Of a stretch of DNA of 64,000 nt, positions 56,374 to 64,000 are shown one piece after another. The notes under the pieces were generated by a model, which was not told where the DNA came from, searched no databases, and worked only from the letters and a program-made list of their open reading frames with translations. The translations under genes were made by a program, and so were the position numbers. The stretch lies in the IMG/VR virus record IMGVR_UViG_3300027782_004428, positions 1 to 64,000 of that record. One strand, given 5' to 3'. Source of the DNA: a virus. The first letter of the stretch is position 1; the number at the start of each line of letters is the position of its first letter.

Positions 56374-56933
56374 ACTTAAAAGAATCTTTAGACCAATTCA
56401 CAGCGCCAGTGTATGGCAAGACACGGCGTACCACCGACACTTACAAAACTGTAGCTGACTACTGCCGACGCAACTTGGTTCGCTTGGTTGCAGAGTATCA
56501 TGCTGTTGAAAACGATCAACAACTCTTGAGAGAAATCCGCAATGATATTGACACATATCTGCGTAGATATCACGAGTACTGTATCCAACAACGTGACGGT
56601 ATGAAAGCACACTATCACGAAGTTGGCGCAGATGAAGATTGTGACTTTGAACACTTGATCCCGGCCGCACGAATTCGTAACTTACTTTTAGTCAGTGCCA
56701 TTTCTGTGGAGCAGGCTCTTAATGCACCAACTGTAAGATTAAGTCGGTCTAAACATGCCGCTCTCAAAGACGCAGGTTGGGCCAGTAACACTCCGGACAT
56801 GTGGCTTCCTTTCCGGCGTTATACTCAAGTGTTTGACTCCACGTACGAAACACATGATGGAACAGCTATTGATCCTAACACCTGGACTTTACAACAGCAT
56901 TTTGACTATTTCAAGCATCTTGTGATCAACTAA
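56370..56933 (+). CDS. hypothetical protein, possible His-Me nuclease fold
   Basis: FEHLIP motif, later H and PF.RY. Confidence 0.55.
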   Translation: MNLKESLDQFTAPVYGKTRRTTDTYKTVADYCRRNLVRLVAEYHAVENDQQLLREIRNDIDTYLRRYHEYCIQQRDGMKAHYHEVGADEDCDFEHLIPAARIRNLLLVSAISVEQALNAPTVRLSRSKHAALKDAGWASNTPDMWLPFRRYTQVFDSTYETHDGTAIDPNTWTLQQHFDYFKHLVIN

Positions 56934-56942
56934 GGAGATTCA

Positions 56943-57188
56943 ATGAGTGTATTGCATTTTAAATCTAGACCGTGGACGGTGTTTGATGCCGCCAACAAAG
57001 AACACAGACTTTGGTACAATCAGTTCGTCACACACGGTGGTTGGGGATCGTGTCCTTACCGATTCATTGTGCCCGAAGATCACGGAGACTTGATAACTAT
57101 GTGCCAACGTAGTCTTGTGCGTTACTATGTGGCACATGAGTTTAACAAAAAGCCGCGCCAGACTGTGCTTTTCCAAAAACGCCGATGA
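56943..57188 (+). CDS. conserved small phage protein
   Basis: AAGGAG RBS; FDAANKEHR..WGSCPYRF. Confidence 0.7.
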   Translation: MSVLHFKSRPWTVFDAANKEHRLWYNQFVTHGGWGSCPYRFIVPEDHGDLITMCQRSLVRYYVAHEFNKKPRQTVLFQKRR

Positions 57189-58309
57189 TTCAAAATCTTT
57201 ATAGTCAGTGGACAATCCAATCACATCATGTGCATGGTGATTGTTTCACTGGCTATGAACCCATATATGATCAACTGGAAAAATTTACCAACGGCACCTA
57301 TGCAAAAGACCCCGAGGGTACCATTGCCCAGGTCAAGGCCTTGTACCGAAGTATCAACTTGGTGCCCATTGATTACTACACTGAAACAGGCTTGATTGAT
57401 CACTTGCGACAGTTTAGAGATCAAGCAATAAATCCAGTGACCGACAATGTGCTGGGCCTGGGCAACAATCAAGGGCAGAAATTAAATCGTTTCTTGTTTC
57501 CCAACATGATGACTGCGGAGCCCAAGGGCCGTGGATCAAACAGCCTACGAGATAGATTCTATGACGATGCCAAACTGGAACGTGCCATCAGAATCTGCTT
57601 TGAATTTAGAACCGGCAATAGACTGGTTCATCCCACCGCTCTACGCCGAAGCCTGGAATTGGTCACAGGTGAAAACATACAAAACTTCAAGCCTCAAAAT
57701 GCTCGAGCCTTGGTAGAACACTTGTGCCCTGTGATGTGGGGCAGGGTGTATGATTACTCAGCTGGGTATGGTGGACGATTGCTGGGCATTACCAGCAGTC
57801 GCCGGGGGTATGATTATACTGGTGTAGATCCCAACACAGAAACATTTCAAAATTTGCAATACCTGGCTCAGTTGATTGACACCGCATTTGGCCGCGGGGC
57901 CACATTGAACTGTGATGTGAGTGAAAACTTCCAACCCTCAGACATTGATCTTGCATTTTCAAGTCCGCCGTATTTCAATTTGGAAAAATACTCAGACGAG
58001 CCCACACAATGCATGGTCCGATGTGCCACACTGGATGACTGGTTTGAACTGTATGTCGCACCTACCATGCAACGCATACATCAAGGTCTCAACGCAGATG
58101 GAGTGTTTGCTACCAACATTGCCGACTACAAAACTGGTGCCAAGCAAGAATACCAAGTGGTTGACAGATGGATCTCCTTGGCTGAGAAACTGGGATTTCG
58201 ATATCAAAAGGTCATACGCATGATGCTGAACACAAGACCCGGTGTGGGCAATCACAAAACAGCCGGCCGACAAAAGTGGGAAGGCGTGTATGTGTTTACC
58301 AAGAACTAG
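57185..58309 (+). CDS. putative DNA amino-methyltransferase
   Basis: YDYSAGYGGRLLG (motif I), GVDPN, FSSPPYF..E.Y (motif IV). Confidence 0.8.
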   Translation: MIQNLYSQWTIQSHHVHGDCFTGYEPIYDQLEKFTNGTYAKDPEGTIAQVKALYRSINLVPIDYYTETGLIDHLRQFRDQAINPVTDNVLGLGNNQGQKLNRFLFPNMMTAEPKGRGSNSLRDRFYDDAKLERAIRICFEFRTGNRLVHPTALRRSLELVTGENIQNFKPQNARALVEHLCPVMWGRVYDYSAGYGGRLLGITSSRRGYDYTGVDPNTETFQNLQYLAQLIDTAFGRGATLNCDVSENFQPSDIDLAFSSPPYFNLEKYSDEPTQCMVRCATLDDWFELYVAPTMQRIHQGLNADGVFATNIADYKTGAKQEYQVVDRWISLAEKLGFRYQKVIRMMLNTRPGVGNHKTAGRQKWEGVYVFTKN

Positions 58310-58310
58310 A

Positions 58311-59264
58311 TCATGCTGTTTTGATTTTGTTGATGAATGTTTGACCAAACATAGGAGTGTATTTGTCATAGATCATAGTGGCACGATCACGAAATTGCTT
58401 TTGAATTTCTGCATCTGGGTCATTCACTGTGATTCCGTCATCAAGGCATAACTGTCTATGCACGTGGTCATCTTCGATAGCGTCCACACGTTCGTCTTGC
58501 GCGGCCAGCAAGGCTGCCTGCTCGATCACTTGTTGCAGATCTGCGTCAAGACCGGACCAGAAATCTTGATTCACAAGTATACTGGTCAAGAATATATTGT
58601 GATTGGAATGTAGAATACTGTCAGTGTGTTCTTGAGCGTTGGCATCATACAGACGTCTGTATGTTATCTCAGCCGCATCAATTTTGTTTGAGGTCAGTGC
58701 AGCAGGGATCTCACTCAGTTCCATCATGACTGGTTCCATTCCCAGCGTCTTGAAGTAGTCTTGAATTACTGGGCTATGCGGTACGCGAACTTTCAACCCT
58801 TGCAAATCTTCAACACTGCGAATAGCACGATTGGTACTGATCACAGTGAATCCACCCGAGTAGGTAAATGACAACCCTTTGATGTTTTTGGTGCCTGGCT
58901 GGTTCTGCAATGTGCTCAGTATTTTTTGTCCGATTGGACCATCAAGCACTCGGCTGGCATGATCATCGTCGGTAAACAAAAACGGCAAATCTAATGCACG
59001 AAACCATGATGAATGACGGCCTAGCGAGTGTGTGTACATCTGTGTCATTTCTATCTTGCCTTCGTTCATGTACCGGATAAGGTCTGAGTAGGACACAGTC
59101 ACGCCATTGTTGTACTTTTCAGAGTATTCACCGAGTGATAAAATTTCCACTGCAAGTTCGCTGTTGGACATCTGATACACTTGATCAGCAAATTTTTCAG
59201 CGGCTCTTAAGAAAATGTCTAGTGGTTCGTGGGCCAATACCCAGCGAATGGTTTTTGTTGGCAT
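58311..59264 (-). CDS. dctP: TRAP DctP-family solute-binding protein lacking a signal peptide
   Basis: LDLPFLF, SVEDLQGLKVRV, E...AL....IDA.E, FW.GL..D.Q. Confidence 0.85.
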   Translation of the reverse strand: MPTKTIRWVLAHEPLDIFLRAAEKFADQVYQMSNSELAVEILSLGEYSEKYNNGVTVSYSDLIRYMNEGKIEMTQMYTHSLGRHSSWFRALDLPFLFTDDDHASRVLDGPIGQKILSTLQNQPGTKNIKGLSFTYSGGFTVISTNRAIRSVEDLQGLKVRVPHSPVIQDYFKTLGMEPVMMELSEIPAALTSNKIDAAEITYRRLYDANAQEHTDSILHSNHNIFLTSILVNQDFWSGLDADLQQVIEQAALLAAQDERVDAIEDDHVHRQLCLDDGITVNDPDAEIQKQFRDRATMIYDKYTPMFGQTFINKIKTA

Positions 59265-59303
59265 AAGGGATTCTCCAATTATTTTGAGTATTTATGTAAA
59301 AAA

Positions 59304-59347
59304 TTAATACTTTTGTACTAACTCAAAAAGTAACACTCAAGTACTAC
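59304..59347. repeat. 18-bp palindrome (copy 3, plus degenerate tandem copy)
   Basis: GTAACACT-CA-AGTACTAC 59330-59347; TTAATACT-TT-TGTACTAA 59304-59321. Confidence 0.7.
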
Positions 59348-59378
59348 TTTTGTTGCGTTTATTTATGCCAAATTCTGG

Positions 59379-59407
59379 TTGACCGAATATTCCCTTTTTG
59401 CTATAAT
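59379..59407 (+). promoter_or_regulatory. early sigma70 promoter (cassette family)
   Basis: TTGACC-17-TATAAT. Confidence 0.9.
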
Positions 59408-59437
59408 ACTTGTATAGAAACTAAAAAGGAGTCAGAG

Positions 59438-59722
59438 ATGACAAATTACGCAAACGAAGTTCTTTTTGTACTTGACCCAAACAACATTGAAGTGGTGTAT
59501 ATTACTGCTCGCGATGACTATCGAACAGAAAAAGCACTTGCTACCGAAGTTCCACGATATTTTGGGTCTGATTTTGTATTTGTGCGTAAACTAGTAGTCG
59601 AATCTGGACTGACAAAAGATCAAGCAGAATCAGGACGCCGGGCGTTGTTGGCTTACTATGAAGCAATGGGCAGAACAATCCTTAATGTCAAGGATGCTCC
59701 GATGCTTTTGGTTGACCAATAA
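59438..59722 (+). CDS. hypothetical early protein bounded by 34-bp direct repeats
   Basis: AGGAG RBS; ends VDQ* inside next promoter. Confidence 0.7.
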   Translation: MTNYANEVLFVLDPNNIEVVYITARDDYRTEKALATEVPRYFGSDFVFVRKLVVESGLTKDQAESGRRALLAYYEAMGRTILNVKDAPMLLVDQ

Positions 59723-59740
59723 TTCCCATTTTGCTATAAT
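59712..59740 (+). promoter_or_regulatory. early sigma70 promoter (cassette family)
   Basis: 59709-59741 identical to 15589-15621; 59729-59762 identical to 59396-59429. Confidence 0.9.
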
Positions 59741-59770
59741 ACTTGTATAGAAACTAAAAAGGGGTTCAAA

Positions 59771-60241
59771 ATGGGTACACGCAGTCGCATTGCAGTCATG
59801 CACGGTTCAATCGCCAAGTCAATCTATTGTCATTGGGACGGCTATCTAGAGCACAACGGTGCCATCCTGCAAGAACACTATAACTCGGCCAAAGCCAACC
59901 AACTGGTTGCCATGGGTGATATGAGTAGCCTACGTCCTGAGATTGGCGTCAAACATCCTTTTAGTTGTCTGGATCCTGAGGCTGGTAGCGACTATGAAGA
60001 ACGTTATGGCAACATGTGTACCTTTTACGATCGCGACCGCGGTGAAACAGAATGCACCTGGTCAGTAGATCACACGTTTGAAGACTTCTTGGACCGTGCT
60101 AAAGGTTGTGCCGCTGAGTTTTACTATGTGATGAAAGATGGCACATGGTATGTGGGCGACACTTATGGCTCTACTGAATTAAGTAATAAGTTAACACCAC
60201 TTGCAGAAGCCATGCAAGCCGTGGAAACGGTTGACCAATAA
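59771..60241 (+). CDS. conserved phage early protein
   Basis: MGTRSRI..SIYCHWDGY..G..L..HY motif; ends VDQ*. Confidence 0.75.
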   Translation: MGTRSRIAVMHGSIAKSIYCHWDGYLEHNGAILQEHYNSAKANQLVAMGDMSSLRPEIGVKHPFSCLDPEAGSDYEERYGNMCTFYDRDRGETECTWSVDHTFEDFLDRAKGCAAEFYYVMKDGTWYVGDTYGSTELSNKLTPLAEAMQAVETVDQ

Positions 60242-60259
60242 TCGCAGAACTGCTATAAT
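60231..60259 (+). promoter_or_regulatory. early sigma70 promoter (cassette family)
   Basis: TTGACC-17-TATAAT. Confidence 0.9.
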
Positions 60260-60288
60260 ATACACATATTAAGACACAAGGAGCCCAT

Positions 60289-61065
60289 ATGCCAGGATTT
60301 GTAGACGTATCAAACATGACAGCCCGTGAAGTTCGCATGATGGATCATGCGGCTGACGCTGATGAAACTTATCAGCCCCGTCGAACTTGGAAACCCCAAG
60401 CCAAGCTCGCAGGTGTTACTTACTCTGTGGACAATGTGTGGGGTGCGGCAGTGGCGGCACAACGCATCAACGGTTCTTATGTGAAAGAAACTCAGCACCG
60501 GTTAGATGATACCATTGGTACCATTATTGTAGACAAACGTCGCAACCGCGACATCATGCTTGACATCTTGGCCAACCCTGCTCAACTCACTGTGGAAGAT
60601 ATTGCACAGGGCCAGGAGTGCCGCAAGTTCCTGCAACAAGACATTACCTTCCGTGCCCTCAAAGGCCGGCTGACAGAGTTTGACTCTTCAACCAGCAAGG
60701 TCATTGCTGTGGAAGATGAATTTGATACGGCTAAGCACCGGTTGGAACTGGCTGTGGTAGCATGTCTGCCTGCAAGTTATGTTCGCAGTCTAGAACGTCA
60801 AGCAGTTCAAGAACGTGTACGCCAAACATCAGGAGCCTTGATTGGCACACCCGGCGACAAAGTCACTTTGGCAGTTGAGATTGTGAAATCCAACTACAGT
60901 CAGCAATGGAACACCTGGTATGCCACTGGCGTTACCCAAGACAACTCTGCTGTGTTTTTTGCATACCGCCAAGAACTGGCCAAGGGTGCCAAACACACCA
61001 TCGTGGGAACCGTTAAAGCTCACAGAGACGGCTCCACTCAACTCAACCGTGTGAGCATTACCTAA
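60289..61065 (+). CDS. hypothetical protein with C-terminal OB-fold-like domain
   Basis: AAGGAG RBS; IG..GDKV.L.V.I...GTVKAH...TQLNRV. Confidence 0.7.
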   Translation: MPGFVDVSNMTAREVRMMDHAADADETYQPRRTWKPQAKLAGVTYSVDNVWGAAVAAQRINGSYVKETQHRLDDTIGTIIVDKRRNRDIMLDILANPAQLTVEDIAQGQECRKFLQQDITFRALKGRLTEFDSSTSKVIAVEDEFDTAKHRLELAVVACLPASYVRSLERQAVQERVRQTSGALIGTPGDKVTLAVEIVKSNYSQQWNTWYATGVTQDNSAVFFAYRQELAKGAKHTIVGTVKAHRDGSTQLNRVSIT

Positions 61066-61074
61066 GGAAATTGT

Positions 61075-61203
61075 ATGCGTAACTTTGTACTTGGTATCAT
61101 TTTTGGACTGGTAATAGCCACGGTAGGCTTCTCCGGATTGGCACGTATGTTTGACAAAGGTGTCCATACCATCCAACAAACCAGCAAGGAACTGGCTCAG
61201 TAA
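61075..61203 (+). CDS. small membrane protein (42 aa, not in ORF track)
   Basis: AAGGA RBS; MRNFVLGIIFGLVIATVGFSG. Confidence 0.65.
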   Translation: MRNFVLGIIFGLVIATVGFSGLARMFDKGVHTIQQTSKELAQ

Positions 61204-61240
61204 TTTGGGCAAATTGAACCAAAAATTATTGCAAAAATGG

Positions 61241-61269
61241 TTGACCAATATCACATCTTTTGTTATAAT
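61241..61269 (+). promoter_or_regulatory. sigma70 promoter
   Basis: TTGACC-17-TATAAT. Confidence 0.88.
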
Positions 61270-61336
61270 TTAGGTATGTTGTGCAGAGATGCAAAACATT
61301 TTTTAAACTTTAGGCAACTTTGAAAGGCAACCTATT

Positions 61337-61672
61337 ATGTCAGCAGACAAACTCTTTACAGTGGCGGGCACTGCAACAAACCCAGATGGTACTACTAAGG
61401 CTCGCTTTGCGAACGACTTGGTAGCCCGCATTAAGATCCTTAACAAGGCTAAATGCACCAACATCAACTTGGTAGAATTGCCCCGTGCAATGACCAAGTT
61501 AGAGGCTCTTCAGTTCTTGACTGAGCAGGGCATTACAGACGGCGACGCCGGCTATGCTGTGGCCAACAAATTGGCTGAGAAGTCAAAGGTTGCCAAGAAA
61601 GGCGAAGTCATGGTCAAGGCTGTGAAAGCTTCTGCACCCAAGACCACTGCCAAGACTGCTGTGACAGCGTAA
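61337..61672 (+). CDS. conserved basic phage protein
   Basis: own promoter and terminator; FTVAG..KARFAND..ELP..MTK. Confidence 0.75.
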   Translation: MSADKLFTVAGTATNPDGTTKARFANDLVARIKILNKAKCTNINLVELPRAMTKLEALQFLTEQGITDGDAGYAVANKLAEKSKVAKKGEVMVKAVKASAPKTTAKTAVTA

Positions 61673-61689
61673 GCACACTGGAGTGCCAA

Positions 61690-61713
61690 AAAGGCGGCTT
61701 TCGGGCCGCTTTT
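61690..61713 (+). terminator. intrinsic terminator
   Basis: GCGGCT-TTCG-GGCCGC-TTTT. Confidence 0.8.
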
Positions 61714-61747
61714 CTATGGCTTTTTGCTCAAGACAATAATTAATACT

Positions 61748-62002
61748 ATGTTAGAACAAGACGAATTCTTACACGAGCGTATCAAAACGGTTATGCTGGA
61801 TGTTATGGCTGTGCTTTATGACAATGGTATCAAACATGTACACATGGGTGCCATGATGAGATTGTTGGGAGTTGACGATGTCAAGGCTTCTGAGCATGAC
61901 AACGAACTGATAGAACTGGACGAAAAGTTTGGCGCCATGTTATCTCAGTTAAATAAAAATGTAGCACCTGTAGAAGTTCCCAAAGACGCTACCTTCCATT
62001 AA
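61748..62002 (+). CDS. hypothetical protein
   Basis: ORF after terminator. Confidence 0.65.
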   Translation: MLEQDEFLHERIKTVMLDVMAVLYDNGIKHVHMGAMMRLLGVDDVKASEHDNELIELDEKFGAMLSQLNKNVAPVEVPKDATFH

Positions 62003-62250
62003 TGACCATATCTAATTATCGCGCAGTGGAGCCACTGTTTATTGTGTTCCTGCGCAACAGCAATCAGGCCGAACAACTGTTCCGAGCCTGGATCAAACAA
62101 AATCGAATTGAACACGCCAACGTCTCCAGCAACAGAATGATGTTGCATGACCAACGTGCGTTTGAACAATTTCGTGTGACTTGGACTCATGGCCTTGAAT
62201 CAGTCACAGTCTGGGACACCTGGTTAAAAAGACACATTTACTTTGACTAA
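62002..62250 (+). CDS. hypothetical protein
   Basis: TAATG coupling. Confidence 0.65.
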   Translation: MTISNYRAVEPLFIVFLRNSNQAEQLFRAWIKQNRIEHANVSSNRMMLHDQRAFEQFRVTWTHGLESVTVWDTWLKRHIYFD

Positions 62251-62277
62251 CAAGAGTGCCAAAAACCTGGCATTTTA

Positions 62278-62306
62278 TTGACAACCGCCTTGTATGACTG
62301 TATAAT
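62278..62306 (+). promoter_or_regulatory. sigma70 promoter
   Basis: TTGACA-17-TATAAT. Confidence 0.88.
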
Positions 62307-62333
62307 TACTATTGTCAACACAAGGAGAAACAA

Positions 62334-62519
62334 ATGACACAACACGAACAGATCGTAGCCGCTTATGAAAACTACTTGGCGGAGAATGCCAAGTTCACTG
62401 AAAAAGGTGTCAAAGCCGCTGCCGCCCGTGCTCGAAAAGCACTGCAAGAAATGAGCAAGGGCATCAAAGAGCGCCGCAAAGAAATCACTACAGAAAAAGA
62501 AGCATTGACTGTCAAGTAA
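62334..62519 (+). CDS. histone H1-like (Hc1 N-terminal domain) nucleoid protein
   Basis: KF.EKGVKAAAARARKAL.E..K..KE.RKE; AAGGAG RBS. Confidence 0.75.
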   Translation: MTQHEQIVAAYENYLAENAKFTEKGVKAAAARARKALQEMSKGIKERRKEITTEKEALTVK

Positions 62520-62716
62520 TGCCAACAGTTACAGTCCAAGTAGTTGAAGACCCAGATAATCCAGGAGAGCTACTCTTGGATTTGGGTAACGAATTGTGTG
62601 CTGAAATTGGATGGAAAGTAGGCGACACAATAGAATGGATAGACCGAAAGGATGGCTCATGGCTATTACAATCAACCTCGCAGAAGAGCAAGAAAACAAC
62701 ACAACAGACACAATAA
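62519..62716 (+). CDS. AbrB/MazE-like swapped-hairpin DNA-binding protein
   Basis: GELLL.L..E....IGWKVGDTIEW. Confidence 0.65.
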   Translation: MPTVTVQVVEDPDNPGELLLDLGNELCAEIGWKVGDTIEWIDRKDGSWLLQSTSQKSKKTTQQTQ

Positions 62717-63237
62717 ATTTTTCCAGTGGATTGACAGTGGGCGGATTTTCAGATTACAACTATGGTGCAATTCCATCGTTGGCCACTGTTGATCTTTCCA
62801 AACTGACAACATCAAGTATCACAATATCAAATACTGCACCATCATACAGTATCAGCAACAGCGGCATCAGCAACCATCGTGCTAGTTTAGGACAGTCAAA
62901 TACAGTTTGGACCACATCGGGCACAGGCAGTATAAATTGGAACCAAAGCGCCGTGGGCGGAGTTTATCATAACCCAGCCATGGAAGTTAACCAAGGTGGA
63001 CAAGTCTCTCTTAAAGGCGACAACGCTGACATTGATATCAATGGCAAGAGCCTGGTCAAATGGATGCAGGTCATGGAGGAACGCATGAACTGGATGCAAC
63101 CCAACGTGGAACTGGAAAAAGAATGGGACGATTTGAAGAAGCTGGGAGACCGCTATCGCAAGTTGGAACAGAAGTGCCGAGAAAAAGCAGACATGTGGAA
63201 GAAACTTAAATCAATGCCCAAACCGGAGATCAGATGA
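62659..63237 (+). CDS. hypothetical protein (Ser/Thr-rich N-terminus, coiled-coil C-terminus)
   Basis: ORF; DIDINGKSL..PN.ELEK.W..LK. Confidence 0.65.
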   Translation: MAITINLAEEQENNTTDTINFSSGLTVGGFSDYNYGAIPSLATVDLSKLTTSSITISNTAPSYSISNSGISNHRASLGQSNTVWTTSGTGSINWNQSAVGGVYHNPAMEVNQGGQVSLKGDNADIDINGKSLVKWMQVMEERMNWMQPNVELEKEWDDLKKLGDRYRKLEQKCREKADMWKKLKSMPKPEIR

Positions 63238-64000
63238 CCCCTAAGCAACGCATCCGACACATCACAAAGTGGATTCGACAATACGCAACAAAAAACAAGA
63301 TCTCTACGCTAGTTGTAGGTATCTCGGGCGGTATTGACAGCTCTGTGGTCAGCACACTTTGCGCAGAAACCGGACTCAAGACCATTGTGGTCCAGATGCC
63401 TATTCGTCAGAATCGCAAGCTGGACAACCGCAGTTCAATGCAGGCCGACTGGTTACTGGAACGCTACAAAAACGTCACTTATGTAAGCATGGATCTAACC
63501 CCGGTGTTCACAGCATTTGAAAAGAAACTTGAGCCCATTTGTCGGGACAGCACGGATATAACTTTGGCATTTGCCAACTCACGTGCTAGACTACGCATGA
63601 TGACCCTGTATCAAATTGCTCAAAGTTACGGCGGCATTGTTGTGGGCACAGGCAACCGCGTGGAGGACTTTGGGGTGGGGTTTTTTACCAAATACGGTGA
63701 CGGTGGCGTGGATATTTCACCCATTGGCGACTGTATGAAAACTGCTGTTTGGGCCATGGGCCGCGAGTTTGGCTTGCCACAAGAGATCATTGATGCCGCA
63801 CCCACAGACGGACTCTGGGATGATGACCGCACTGACGAAGGACAACTGGGCATGACCTATCCTGAACTGGAGAAAGCCATGGACCAAGACACATACTCAG
63901 AACTTGAGCTGTATGCCACCGGTCCTGAAAAGAAAAATCTCAAGAAATATCGAGCAATTCGAGCTAGAAACCTGCACAAAATGGAACCAATTCCTGTGTG
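63234..64000 (+). CDS. nadE: NH3-dependent NAD+ synthetase (runs off right edge, not in ORF track)
   Basis: ATG 63234; VGISGGIDS, N.RARLRM..LY, GTGN..E, FFTKYGDGG.D..PI.D. Confidence 0.92.
   Translation, partial: MTPKQRIRHITKWIRQYATKNKISTLVVGISGGIDSSVVSTLCAETGLKTIVVQMPIRQNRKLDNRSSMQADWLLERYKNVTYVSMDLTPVFTAFEKKLEPICRDSTDITLAFANSRARLRMMTLYQIAQSYGGIVVGTGNRVEDFGVGFFTKYGDGGVDISPIGDCMKTAVWAMGREFGLPQEIIDAAPTDGLWDDDRTDEGQLGMTYPELEKAMDQDTYSELELYATGPEKKNLKKYRAIRARNLHKMEPIPV

Noticed and set aside
61311-61330. AGGCAAC direct repeat in a leader
   Set aside because: Only two 7-nt copies, one overlapping the RBS; insufficient without conservation data.
240-63853. Most short antisense or alternate-frame ORFs in the track (e.g. 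2508-3068, 7475-7915, 50419-50922, 51667-52545)
   Set aside because: They lie inside or opposite well-supported genes and show no recognisable motifs; shadow ORFs.
1-64000. CRISPR array formed by the repeated GGTTGACCAAT...GCTATAAT motif
   Set aside because: Copies are dispersed, separated by whole genes and match sigma70 promoter geometry; no regular repeat-spacer period and no cas operon.
1-64000. Alternative genetic code (stop-codon reassignment)
   Set aside because: Long conserved genes are intact under code 11, and TAA, TAG and TGA all end genes at expected positions.

Overview
A 64-kb, densely coding, mostly plus-strand segment of a large tailed (myovirus-like) bacteriophage genome using the standard genetic code. 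It holds virion genes (beta-helix tail protein, PAAR), replication and repair genes (nrdA/nrdB/glutaredoxin, exonuclease, ATP-dependent ligase, UvsE) and many host-like auxiliary genes. These include iscU/iscA, clpX, clpS, two clpP, hsp20, yccA, ribosomal protein bS21, an ArfA-like peptide absent from the ORF track, three radical SAM genes, a UDP-sugar dehydrogenase, an amidinotransferase, a DctP-like protein, an Hc1-like protein and nadE. The host is probably a proteobacterium (inference). Two promoter classes are visible: about 18 near-consensus sigma70 promoters, many forming a repeated cassette family, and a TAAATA late-type motif often placed 4 nt before an ATG. The best candidate for an undescribed system is a Pho-box-associated membrane-lipid remodelling locus (small RNA, GATase-like gene, plcP, agt, convergent desaturase; 32.6-35.9 kb). 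Other strong candidates are a promoter-driven multi-stem RNA at 21.8 kb, recombining promoter cassettes with an 18-bp palindrome, and PhaR/ROSE-like control of a phasin-like gene. All calls come from reading motifs by eye; no searches were run. No CRISPR array, rRNA, tRNA, intron or intein was seen.
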